A stretch of DNA of 64,000 bases from Candidatus Pacearchaeota archaeon (GTDB taxonomy: Archaea; Nanobdellota; Nanobdellia; Pacearchaeales; GW2011-AR1), in contig JAGVWX010000020.1 of NCBI GenBank assembly GCA_018304105.1, positions 97,494-161,493 of the forward strand. The letters run 5' to 3'. Numbering within the stretch: position 1 is the first letter of the stretch; each line of letters begins with the position of its first letter. This document shows positions 37,635-46,596 of the stretch, one piece after another. The notes beneath the pieces were generated by a model. The model saw nothing but the letters and a program-made list of their open reading frames with translations, was not told the DNA's origin and searched no databases. A program made the position numbers and the translations under genes.

Positions 37635-38216
37635 ATGGCCGGCCGAGAAAAACAATCGCCAAAAGAAGACCAGAAGCAGCAGAAGCAGAAAGAAGAGTCT
37701 GCTGAAAAGAAAAAGCAAAGCATGCGTCATGAAGAAGAAAGCGAAGAGATGCTCATCAGAATTTCTGGCTACGATATTCCGGGAAGCAAAAAACTTCTCG
37801 CTGGCCTCACCAGAATAAAGGGTGTCGGCTGGGCAATATCGAACGCGGCCTGCTTAAAGCTCGGTTTCTCGAGAGACAAAAAAATTGCCGAATTATCAAA
37901 AGATGAAATAAAAAAGATAGAAGAATTTTTGAAAAATCCAAGCGTTCATGACTATATGAAAAATCGCCAGAAAGACGAAGAGACCGGCGAAACGCATCAT
38001 TTTGTTGGAACAGACCTTGAGATGAGAAAAGACTTCGACATCAGAAAGATGAAGAAAATCCGTTCTTACAAAGGAATCCGTCACACTTCAGGCCAGCCAG
38101 TCCGCGGTCAGAGAACTCGTTCGCACTTCAGAAAGAAAGGCCAGCTCGTCGCAGTCAGAAAAAAGACAGAAGCCGCGCCAGCAGCAAAGCCAAAGCCAGC
38201 AGGAGGCAAGAAGTAA
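37635..38216 (+). CDS. rps13: 30S ribosomal protein uS13 with a charged N-terminal extension of about 40 aa
   Basis: IRISGYDIPGSKKLLAGLTRIKGVGWAISNA...YKGIRHTSGQPVRGQRTRS. Confidence 0.95.
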   Translation: MAGREKQSPKEDQKQQKQKEESAEKKKQSMRHEEESEEMLIRISGYDIPGSKKLLAGLTRIKGVGWAISNAACLKLGFSRDKKIAELSKDEIKKIEEFLKNPSVHDYMKNRQKDEETGETHHFVGTDLEMRKDFDIRKMKKIRSYKGIRHTSGQPVRGQRTRSHFRKKGQLVAVRKKTEAAPAAKPKPAGGKK

Positions 38217-38507
38217 ATGGCTTGGGGAAGTAGAATTCACGGGGCGATAACAAGAAGGTTAAGGGAATTAATAACTCATAGAAAAGTTGTAACTTTAAAT
38301 GTTTTTGATGAACAATCCACCAAAGTACCAAGATACTCTCATGAAGGAAAATTAATTTATAGCGGCCGAGGATATTTCCTTGTACCTAATGAGGGCAGCG
38401 AGAGAATAAAAATTGATGTTCGTTCTGTTACCGCTATTCAAGGCCAGGTCATAAATAGAGATGCAAGTTATCTGACTAGTCATGTTGAAGGGGCAAGTGC
38501 AAGATGA
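38217..38507 (+). CDS. orphan 96-aa ORF inserted between uS13 and uS4
   Basis: The ATG immediately follows the S13 stop. Its stop overlaps the S4 ATG (ATGA). Confidence 0.45.
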   Translation: MAWGSRIHGAITRRLRELITHRKVVTLNVFDEQSTKVPRYSHEGKLIYSGRGYFLVPNEGSERIKIDVRSVTAIQGQVINRDASYLTSHVEGASAR

Positions 38508-39049
38508 TACGCAAAAAAAATCTTTACCGAAGGCCATTAAAGCCGTTTGAATCTGTAAGAATCAAGGAAGAGAACGAGATAGCTAAAAAATACGGCCTGA
38601 AAAACAAAAGGGAAATTTGGAAAGCGATAGCAAAGGTAAATTATTATCGCGGAAGGGCAAAGGCACTCGCGAACATGCCTCATGAAGAGCAAAACGTCCT
38701 GTTCAAAAAACTCCAAGCTCTTGGTTTGAAAGTTGAAACCATTGCCGATGTTCTCGACCTTAACGTCGAGAGCCTTCTCCAAAGAAGACTTCCCACAATA
38801 ATGGTCCAAAAGAAACTCGCAACAACTCCAAAGCAGGCTCGCCAGATGGTTACTCACAAATTAGTGAAGATAAATTCCAGCACGGTTAATTCCCCAAGTT
38901 ATCTCGTTCCTGTTTCAGAAGAAAATAAAATAGAAATAAAAAAAGCAACAAGGAAAGCAAAGCCGGTTGCCGAAGATGCAGTAACAGAACCCCAACCTGA
39001 AGCCTTGTCAGAAGAAGAACTCGAAGAAGCTGAAGGAGTAGAAGAATAA
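38504..39049 (+). CDS. rps4: 30S ribosomal protein uS4 with an acidic C-terminal tail
   Basis: KKYGLKNKREIWK...RRLPTIMVQKKLATTPKQARQMVTHKLVKIN. Confidence 0.95.
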   Translation: MIRKKNLYRRPLKPFESVRIKEENEIAKKYGLKNKREIWKAIAKVNYYRGRAKALANMPHEEQNVLFKKLQALGLKVETIADVLDLNVESLLQRRLPTIMVQKKLATTPKQARQMVTHKLVKINSSTVNSPSYLVPVSEENKIEIKKATRKAKPVAEDAVTEPQPEALSEEELEEAEGVEE

Positions 39050-39618
39050 TGGCAGAAGAAGAAACAAAAGAAAATGCGAAAGAAGAAATCGTTCAGGATG
39101 CAGCTGATATCAGTTCGCCAAAGCGAGGAGCTTCGCAGCAAAGCGAGAAAGCCCGCAGCAAGAGCGAATCTGAGACAGAAGAACATGCAGAAGATATCCA
39201 AGAAATAGATTTATCTGAAGAAAAGGAATCTAAGTCGAAAGCAAAAGACGAAAAAGTCGGCATCGCTTACATCAAAAGCTCGGGCAACAACACGATGGTT
39301 CACATTACTGACCTTGCGGGCAGCACAATCTCGCGAGTTTCCGGCGGAATGATAACAAAGCATTCAAGATTAAAATCAAATCCAACTATCGCAATGTTCG
39401 TCGCCAAGCGCGCAGCAGAAAGGCCGCGTGACCTGGGCTTTACAAAATTGTATGTCCGGATGAAAGGCAAAACCGGCGAAAACCACGGTCCCGGAGCGAA
39501 CGCAGCAATAAAAAGTCTGAACAAAGAGGGCTTCGACATAATAAGCATATTAGACACAACTAAAGTCCCGCGCGGAGGCCCAAAGAAGAAAGGCGGAAGA
39601 AGGGGAAGAAGAGTCTAA
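39049..39618 (+). CDS. rps11: 30S ribosomal protein uS11 with an acidic N-terminal extension of about 65 aa
   Basis: GIAYIKSSGNNTMVHITDLAG...GPGANAAIKSL...PRGGPKKKGGRRGRRV. Confidence 0.95.
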   Translation: MAEEETKENAKEEIVQDAADISSPKRGASQQSEKARSKSESETEEHAEDIQEIDLSEEKESKSKAKDEKVGIAYIKSSGNNTMVHITDLAGSTISRVSGGMITKHSRLKSNPTIAMFVAKRAAERPRDLGFTKLYVRMKGKTGENHGPGANAAIKSLNKEGFDIISILDTTKVPRGGPKKKGGRRGRRV

Positions 39619-39655
39619 CAGTAAACCTTAAAATCCCAAATTCATAATCATAATC

Positions 39656-40351
39656 ATGGAAACAATACAAAACATAAACGAGATGCTTGTCTTGAGGATA
39701 GACGCGAACCTTCCTTTAGCAAACGCAATTCGCCGGTCTCTTTCTGATGTTCCAACTCTCGCGATTGACGATGTCGAGGTTTACAAGAACGATTCCGCGC
39801 TTTACGACGAGATAATCGCAAATCGTTTGGGAATGGTCCCATTGAAAACAGAAAAGTCAATGTCCCCAAAGACAAAAATCGACATGAAACTTTCAAAAAA
39901 AGGTCCTGGCCAGGTTTATTCTGGCGATCTTGAAGGCCCAGCCACAGTCATCTATCCAAAAATTCCAATAACTCTTCTTGGTGAAGGTCACAAACTCGAA
40001 TTAATGGCAACAGCAACTCTCGGCATCGGAAGAAGCCACGCCAAGCACATTCCAGGACTCTGCTACTATCGTTACATCCTCGAAGTAAAGTCGTCTCCTC
40101 AAATTGACGAAATAGTTGAAAAGTCAAAAGGATTAATCAAACCGGAAAAAAAAGTAAGCAAGTGGCTATGCGACATAAACGAAGCAATAATAAAAGAAAT
40201 TGAAAAGCTTGACAAGGGCGCAGTGACCGACAGCTCAGAAATTCTGTTCATAATCGAATCTTACGGCAACATGCCCGCAAAAGATATTTTGTCTGAAGCC
40301 GTCAAAGCTCTCGAGCACAATTTGGATGAGTTCGAAAAAGAACTTAAGTAA
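39656..40351 (+). CDS. rpoD: RNA polymerase subunit D (Rpo3)
   Basis: 231 aa with ANAIRRSLSDVPTLAIDDVEVYKNDSALYDEIIANRLGMVPL. Follows S11 as in archaeal alpha operons. Confidence 0.9.
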   Translation: METIQNINEMLVLRIDANLPLANAIRRSLSDVPTLAIDDVEVYKNDSALYDEIIANRLGMVPLKTEKSMSPKTKIDMKLSKKGPGQVYSGDLEGPATVIYPKIPITLLGEGHKLELMATATLGIGRSHAKHIPGLCYYRYILEVKSSPQIDEIVEKSKGLIKPEKKVSKWLCDINEAIIKEIEKLDKGAVTDSSEILFIIESYGNMPAKDILSEAVKALEHNLDEFEKELK

Positions 40352-40374
40352 ATTAAGATTTATTCTAAAATAAT

Positions 40375-40935
40375 TTAACTTGCAACTCTTTGTATTTCCG
40401 GTTGAGCAAATCCTCTCAAATTTTCATCAGCATAAACTCCCAAGTAAATGGGAGTTCTCTTTTCTGCTGTCCCGCGCCAAAAATTTGTCCAATTTGGTTT
40501 TACAATTTCAGTCGGCACAATCACATAGTCGCGACCCCTGTCTCCGAAAGGACCATCTTCGCGAATATCCCAACCAAATTCCGTTTTATCTGAGGGCAGC
40601 ATAGAGCCAGCATAACCTTCATTAAGCCTTTTTATAAATCCAGTTCCTCGCCGTGCAAATTCGACACTATCGTTTATCTCTTTACATAATTTCCATGCTC
40701 CCTCTGGGTCATAAGTAGAATCAATAGTTATCCCAGAATAAGTCCAGCTTCTTCCCAAACCCAGATTATCAACTAAACTTCCTCCAAGAAATAGTCTTGG
40801 TCTTGCAAATTTAGTAACTCTGGTAAATTCGTTATCACGTAAGACACTAACAACTCTTCTCATCGATTCTCTGTCTTCTGGTCTAAATAATCCTTCAAAC
40901 GCTCTGAAATCATCATTCGTAACATCAATGTGCAT
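40375..40935 (-). CDS. hypothetical protein (186 aa)
   Basis: ORF only. Confidence 0.45.
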   Translation of the reverse strand: MHIDVTNDDFRAFEGLFRPEDRESMRRVVSVLRDNEFTRVTKFARPRLFLGGSLVDNLGLGRSWTYSGITIDSTYDPEGAWKLCKEINDSVEFARRGTGFIKRLNEGYAGSMLPSDKTEFGWDIREDGPFGDRGRDYVIVPTEIVKPNWTNFWRGTAEKRTPIYLGVYADENLRGFAQPEIQRVAS

Positions 40936-40995
40936 AAATTCTCATCTTGCTTCAATTATTTAAACATTTATATCCTTAATCTCATTTCTCAAAAA

Positions 40996-41724
40996 TTAAT
41001 TCTTATACGTCACTTCTAATCTCGGTCCGGAACCAGTTCCGAGTTCACTCGAATAAAATGGCGCGTATGCGTTATTATTTACATTTGCAAGGTTTCTTGT
41101 GCTTAACATAAATCCGCAGTTCGTTGTTGAGCCACTTACCCATCTGTTAACCGCAGTGGTCACATCAAATTCAACAGAACTGGCAACATCAAATTTTATT
41201 TGTCGTGCAGCAATATATATGCCGCTCGACGGGCTGTTCAGCCAGGTCAAACTTCCTTCATTCCAGCTTTGATCATTGACGTAACTCAGCGTAGTTGTCC
41301 CAATAGGTTTTAAATCTGTATTGTTAAATGCCGTCGTTAGCAAAAGTTCAGCATCAGTAATTGTAGCTCCCCGTGGAATACTTCCAACATTAAATTTAAT
41401 GAATGCAGTATAATAGTCGTCTCTTCCCGCTCCGAAATTAACTTTTCCTGTATTTAAAGTCCCACCTGAACCGTAATTTTTTTCAGGACTAAGCGTGCTA
41501 GTGTAAGCATCATCGCTCGGATACAGTGTTATTGTCTTCCCGGAACTCGGCGATGGCGTGCTCGGAGTGTTAGGTGTACTCGGCGTGCTTGGAGTACTCG
41601 GCGTAGAAGGCGTATATGAATTAGGATCACTTCCACCAGATTGATCGGCATAATATGGAACTATACATCCTCCGACAGACAGTGTTGCACCCGCCAAAAG
41701 CGCAACCAATCCATTTCTTTTCAT
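40996..41724 (-). CDS. secreted lipoprotein-like protein with a PST linker and a DNRLRE-like domain
   Basis: Signal plus Cys (LSVGGC), a (PSTPST)n linker, then LYPSDDAYTS...NYGSGGTLNTG...AFIKFNVGSIPRGATITDAELLL. Confidence 0.6.
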   Translation of the reverse strand: MKRNGLVALLAGATLSVGGCIVPYYADQSGGSDPNSYTPSTPSTPSTPSTPNTPSTPSPSSGKTITLYPSDDAYTSTLSPEKNYGSGGTLNTGKVNFGAGRDDYYTAFIKFNVGSIPRGATITDAELLLTTAFNNTDLKPIGTTTLSYVNDQSWNEGSLTWLNSPSSGIYIAARQIKFDVASSVEFDVTTAVNRWVSGSTTNCGFMLSTRNLANVNNNAYAPFYSSELGTGSGPRLEVTYKN

Positions 41725-41776
41725 AACAAACTAAATGCTAAGATATTTATATACTTTTTGCAGAAATTAACTAAAT

Positions 41777-41860
41777 GCGGGATTGCCGGAGCGGTCAAAC
41801 GGGCTGCCTCGAGGTGGCAGTAGCTTAGTGCTTGCACAGGTTCGATTCCTGTATCCCGCA
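41777..41860 (+). tRNA. tRNA-Leu (anticodon GAG), type II with a long variable arm
   Basis: Acceptor GCGGGAT/ATCCCGC, anticodon stem CTGGC-like CTGCC/GGCAG with loop TCGAGGT, 15-nt variable arm, T arm ACAGG-TTCGATT-CCTGT. Position 33 reads C. Confidence 0.8.
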
Positions 41861-41956
41861 TATCAAATCGAAGATTTGATTATTCGCGACAGCGAATCGC
41901 GGCCGCTGGGTTCGCTAAGACCCGCAGGAGGTCTTGGCTATTCCTGTATCCCGCAT
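41845..41956 (+). repeat. 17-nt direct repeat of the tRNA-Leu(GAG) 3' end (ATTCCTGTATCCCGCAT)
   Basis: Copies at 41845-41861 and 41940-41956 (period 95). The spacer has three short hairpins. Confidence 0.9.
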
Positions 41957-41983
41957 CATCTCACTCAACAAAAATCCCCCGTC

Positions 41984-44443
41984 TTACTCAACAAAAATCC
42001 CAGGCCGTCCAGGTTTGACCTTGGCAGATTTATTCTGCGGGTCATACTTCTTCGCATCGTTAACCGCAAACACGAAAACCTCCCTGCTCACGCGCCGTGA
42101 AATCTCAGAAGCAGAATAAAATTTAACTTCATGAGGCAAAACATAAACATACACGCGCTCACCATTAACAATTCGTAATATATTCAAAACATCTGCAACA
42201 GTCTTTTCAACAGCCTGCTCTTCTTTCTCAAACTCTTCATTTATCTTCTTCTCGTCAACTTTCGGCCAAGACTCCAACGAAATAAATCCATTATTTCCCA
42301 GCTTAGACCAAAGTTCTTCTGTCAAAAACGGGCAATAGATATGCAGCAGTTTCAAAAAGCTCTCCGCTGTTTTTTTGTCAATTTCTTTTCCTGAAAAATA
42401 ATCAAACAACTCTCTCAGCTTAATCACCGCAAGATTATGCTTGAAATTTTCAACATATTCTGTGACTTCTTTTATCGTCTTATTCAGTTTGCTTTCTACT
42501 CTCGCATCCGCTTTTCCAAATTTCACATTATCAAAATAATCATAAATCCTGCTCAGAAATTTATTGCTTCCAAGAACAATCTTCTCATCCCACGAGCTGT
42601 CCTTATCCGGACTTGCCAAGCTGACAAGCGCCAGCCTTAGTGTATCTGCCCCAGATTTCTCTATAGTTTCAAAAGGCTCAACGATATTTCCTCTCGACTT
42701 GCTCATCTTCTCTCCATCTGCTCCATGAACAATTCCTTGCGTGAAATACCTCAACGCAGGCTCATCAAACTTCAAAAGTCCAAGGTCTCGCAAAAACTTT
42801 GTGTAAAACCGAATGTAAATCAAATGCATCGTGATGTGCTCCGGCCCGCCAATATACTGGTCAATCGGCGCCCAATAATTTGCTTTCTTCTCATCAAAAA
42901 TTTTCTTATCATTTTTTGGGTCCGTATATCTAAGATAATACCACGATGAATTTGCAAAAGTATCCATCGTGTCAGTTTCCCTTCTCGCCTTTTCTCCGCA
43001 CTTCGGACATTTCGCGTCAATAAATTTTTTATTAGTTGTAAGAGGATTTCCTTCGCCAAATTTTACATCTTTGGGCAATTCAACTGGCAGCTCTTTTTCA
43101 GGCACAGGAACAATTCCGCACTTCTCGCAATAAACAATTGGAATCGGAGTTCCCCAATATCTCTGTCTCGAAATCAGCCAATCTCTAAGCTTATAGTTGA
43201 AAGTTTTCTTCCCTAGCTTCTTCTTTTCCATCCACGTCGTAATTTCTTCAATCGCTTCTCTGCTGTTTGAATAATCAAACTCTCCAGAGTTAATCAACTC
43301 ACCTTCTTCGGTAAAAGCGCGAGACATTTTCTCAGCATTCAATTCATATTCAAACGGTTTCACTACAACTCTTATTGGAATTTTGTACTTTTTAGCGAAC
43401 TCAAAATCTCTCTGGTCATGCGCAGGCACAGCCATAACCATCCCGCATCCATAATCAGCGACGACAAAATTTCCTGTATAGACCGGAACTTTCTCTCCAT
43501 TCACAGGATTTATTGCATAGCTTCCCGTGAAAGCGCCTTCCTTCTCCAGATTCTCAATATCTTTCTCGCTTGTCGATTTAACTTTCTTCAAGAAAGCATC
43601 AACTTCTTTCTTCTGCTTTTCAGTCACTAGCTCAATAAGTTTAGGATGCTGCGCAGACACAACCATGAAAGTCACACCAAAAATTGTATCCGGACGAGTT
43701 GTGAAGATTGACCACTTTTTTCCGTTTATATCAAAATCAATCTCCGTCCCGTAGCTCTTGCCAATCCAGTTCAGCTGTCTTTTCTTCGCGTTCTCAGGCC
43801 AATCAAGTTTCTCCAGACCATTAATCAGCTCTTCCGCATAATCTGTTATCTTGAGAAACCATTGTTCAAGATGTTTTATTTCTACGTTAGTATCCTCATG
43901 TCTCCAGCATTTTCCGTCCACAACTTGCTCGTTCGCCAGAACAGTATTGCACTTTCTGCACCAATTCACAGGCGCTTTTTTTCTGTAAGCAAGTCCTTTT
44001 TTTAACATCTGAAGAAAAATCCATTGGTCCCATCTATAAAATTCCGAATCGCTCGTCTTTACCATTCTGCTCCAGTCATAACTCCATCCCATCGCCCTTT
44101 GTTGTCTCATAAAGTTAGCAATTGACTTCTTTGTGTATTCCTCTGGGTGCGTTCCTGCTTTTATCGCCGCATTCTCCGCAGGCAGTCCTAAAGAATCATA
44201 TCCTATCGGATACAAAACATTGTACCCTTGCATTCTCTTGAACCTTGCAAAAATATCTCCCAGGGAAAATACAAAAGCATGACCGATATGCAATCCTTCG
44301 CCAGAAGGATAAGGAAACATATCAAGAACATAAAACTTTTTCTTCCCTTTTTCTTCCTTGATCTCGAAAATCTTTTCTTTCTCCCATTTGTCCTGCCATT
44401 TTTTTCCTATTTTAGAAAAATCAGTTCTTACCATGCTAAACAA
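41984..44443 (-). CDS. leuS: leucyl-tRNA synthetase, bacterial-type sequence
   Basis: 819 aa with DMFPYPSGEGLHIGHA, PIGYDSLGLPAENAA, VNWCRKCNTVLANEQV and KMSKS. Confidence 0.97.
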   Translation of the reverse strand: MFSMVRTDFSKIGKKWQDKWEKEKIFEIKEEKGKKKFYVLDMFPYPSGEGLHIGHAFVFSLGDIFARFKRMQGYNVLYPIGYDSLGLPAENAAIKAGTHPEEYTKKSIANFMRQQRAMGWSYDWSRMVKTSDSEFYRWDQWIFLQMLKKGLAYRKKAPVNWCRKCNTVLANEQVVDGKCWRHEDTNVEIKHLEQWFLKITDYAEELINGLEKLDWPENAKKRQLNWIGKSYGTEIDFDINGKKWSIFTTRPDTIFGVTFMVVSAQHPKLIELVTEKQKKEVDAFLKKVKSTSEKDIENLEKEGAFTGSYAINPVNGEKVPVYTGNFVVADYGCGMVMAVPAHDQRDFEFAKKYKIPIRVVVKPFEYELNAEKMSRAFTEEGELINSGEFDYSNSREAIEEITTWMEKKKLGKKTFNYKLRDWLISRQRYWGTPIPIVYCEKCGIVPVPEKELPVELPKDVKFGEGNPLTTNKKFIDAKCPKCGEKARRETDTMDTFANSSWYYLRYTDPKNDKKIFDEKKANYWAPIDQYIGGPEHITMHLIYIRFYTKFLRDLGLLKFDEPALRYFTQGIVHGADGEKMSKSRGNIVEPFETIEKSGADTLRLALVSLASPDKDSSWDEKIVLGSNKFLSRIYDYFDNVKFGKADARVESKLNKTIKEVTEYVENFKHNLAVIKLRELFDYFSGKEIDKKTAESFLKLLHIYCPFLTEELWSKLGNNGFISLESWPKVDEKKINEEFEKEEQAVEKTVADVLNILRIVNGERVYVYVLPHEVKFYSASEISRRVSREVFVFAVNDAKKYDPQNKSAKVKPGRPGIFVE

Positions 44444-44506
44444 ATACGAAAAAGGAATTTAAATCTTGCTCTATGGAATGATTTATATATGAAATAGATT
44501 TCATGT

Positions 44507-45520
44507 ATGCCAATTATGAAAATAGCATTTTTCGAGATAAAAGGGTGGGAAAAGGAAATACTTAAGCGCGCTTTCAAGAAAGACAAACCATTATTTTTTA
44601 GCGAGCCATTATCTGAGGAGAATCTATCAAAGATTAAAGACTTCGAAACAGTCTCTGTCTTTATAGGCTCAAAAATAAATAAGAGTATCATCTCGCGCCT
44701 TAAAAAATTAAAATTAATTGTTACTCGTTCAACAGGATTCGATCACATCGAGATAAAAGAATGCAAGAAAAGAAAAATCGCAGTTTTCAATATTCAATCT
44801 TACGGAGAAAATACCGTCGCTGAACACACCTTTGCGTTGATTCTTGCTCTTTCCAGAAATGTTCACAAATCTTATCTCAGAAATCTCAACCACGATTATT
44901 CCATTGAAGGTCTAAAAGGATTTGACCTCAAAGGCAAAACACTCGGTGTCATCGGAGCAGGAAGCATCGGGAAGCACGTCATAAGGATTGCCCGCGGATT
45001 TGAAATGAACGTCCTGGTATATGACCATCACGTTGACGAATTCCTTGCCGAGCAATTAGATTTCAGTTACGTTCCTTTAGACAAGCTTCTGGAAAAATCT
45101 GATATCATCACATTGCACATTCCATACAGCAAAGAAAACCACCACCTCATAGGCGACAAAACAATAAAGAAAATGAAGAAAGGGGCGATTTTGATAAACA
45201 CTTCTCGAGGAGGAATAGTCGATACAGAATCTTTAATCAAAGCACTAAACTCAAAACAGCTCTCCGGAACGGGCCTTGACGTTTTGGAAGGCGAAGAACT
45301 AATAAAAGAAGAGAAACAGCTTCTTTACGACGAGAAAAATCTCAAGTCGTTGCAGCAGCTCGTCGAAGATCACATCTTGCTTTCAAAAGACAACGTCGTA
45401 TTCACTCCCCATATCGCATTTTATAGTCAGGAAGCTCTTGAGCGCATAGTTCACGAAACAATAAACATCATCCAAAATTTCTTGCAAAACAAGTCAGATA
45501 CCAAAGGAAAAGTCTGCTAA
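44507..45520 (+). CDS. D-isomer-specific 2-hydroxyacid dehydrogenase (NAD-binding)
   Basis: 337 aa with GVIGAGSIGKHV, and TSRGGIVDT...GLDVLEGE. Confidence 0.9.
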   Translation: MPIMKIAFFEIKGWEKEILKRAFKKDKPLFFSEPLSEENLSKIKDFETVSVFIGSKINKSIISRLKKLKLIVTRSTGFDHIEIKECKKRKIAVFNIQSYGENTVAEHTFALILALSRNVHKSYLRNLNHDYSIEGLKGFDLKGKTLGVIGAGSIGKHVIRIARGFEMNVLVYDHHVDEFLAEQLDFSYVPLDKLLEKSDIITLHIPYSKENHHLIGDKTIKKMKKGAILINTSRGGIVDTESLIKALNSKQLSGTGLDVLEGEELIKEEKQLLYDEKNLKSLQQLVEDHILLSKDNVVFTPHIAFYSQEALERIVHETINIIQNFLQNKSDTKGKVC

Positions 45521-45522
45521 TC

Positions 45523-45753
45523 TTAATCCTTCTCCAACTTCTCAATTCTCTTCTCCAATTCTCTGAATTTCTCAAGCAATTCTTTGTGCCCTTTTCCAAT
45601 CTCCTCATCCATTGACTTTACAAAGTCAGTAAGGTAAGCGTTAAACAAAGTGCTAAGCTTCCCGCCAAACAAGCCAAGCTTTTTCTTCGCCTGCTTCAGC
45701 AATTCAGAATCAACAGTTACATTAACTCTTATCTTTCTTGCCATGCACATCAA
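45523..45753 (-). CDS. small ribbon-helix-helix-like protein (76 aa)
   Basis: RKIRVNVTVDSELLKQAKK followed by helical K/E-rich sequence. Weak call. Confidence 0.4.
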   Translation of the reverse strand: MMCMARKIRVNVTVDSELLKQAKKKLGLFGGKLSTLFNAYLTDFVKSMDEEIGKGHKELLEKFRELEKRIEKLEKD

Positions 45754-45820
45754 TACACACTTTGGTATAAAAACCTTTTCCTTCAGTTAGGTTTAAATAC
45801 CGCAGAAGTTCCGTCTTGGA

Positions 45821-46195
45821 ATGCACAAATTAAGCAAGACAAAACTAAAAGAGCGTTTAAGAAAAAAAACTAATCCAGTTTTAGTTGAAACCCTGGACGC
45901 AGCAATTAGAAATCCAAGTTGGAGAGACGTCGCAAAAATCATATCTGGCTCAACAAGAAACTACGCATCAAAAAACTTATTTGAAATAGACGAGGTAACA
46001 AAAACTGGCGATACTGTCATTATCGTAGGAAAGATTCTGAGCAAAGGCGAATTAACAAAGAAAATCAGAATCTGTGCTCTCGCGATTTCAGAAAAAGCAA
46101 AAGAAAAACTCAAATCATCCAAGTCAGAAATCGTCTCAATCCTCGAAGAGATAACTAAAAATCCAAAAGCTGAAGGAATTAAGGTGTTAAGATGA
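45821..46195 (+). CDS. rpl18e: 50S ribosomal protein L18e
   Basis: 124 aa with TGDTVIIVGKILSKGELTKKIRICALAISEKAKEKL. Precedes L13-S9. Confidence 0.85.
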   Translation: MHKLSKTKLKERLRKKTNPVLVETLDAAIRNPSWRDVAKIISGSTRNYASKNLFEIDEVTKTGDTVIIVGKILSKGELTKKIRICALAISEKAKEKLKSSKSEIVSILEEITKNPKAEGIKVLR

Positions 46196-46596
46196 CAGAA
46201 AAAATAATAATCGATGCAGAAGGCGGAGTAATGGGAAGGATTGCAGCATTCGCTGCGAAGCAAGCCCTCTTCGGAAAAGAAGTTGTAATCGTTAACTGCG
46301 AGCACGCTGCAATTACCGGCAGTCCAAGAAGAATAATTGAAGGCTATCAGCAGAAAAGAGGTCGCGGCGGCACAGCCCAAAGAGGTCCATACTTTCCAAA
46401 AAGTCCAGAAAGAGTAATGAAACGAACAGTCCGCGGAATGCTTTCCCACACGCAATTTCGAGGCAGGGCTGCTTTCAAAAGAGTAATTTGTTACGACGCT
46501 GTTCCAGCAGAATATCAAGCTTCAAAAAAAACCTCAATGAAAAGAGAAATCAAAACTAAATCAATCAATCTGGCAAGATTGAGCAGGGAATTATAA
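46192..46596 (+). CDS. rpl13: 50S ribosomal protein uL13
   Basis: IIDAEGGVMGRIAAFAAKQAL.GKEVVIVNCE...RTVRGML. Confidence 0.95.
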   Translation: MTEKIIIDAEGGVMGRIAAFAAKQALFGKEVVIVNCEHAAITGSPRRIIEGYQQKRGRGGTAQRGPYFPKSPERVMKRTVRGMLSHTQFRGRAAFKRVICYDAVPAEYQASKKTSMKREIKTKSINLARLSREL

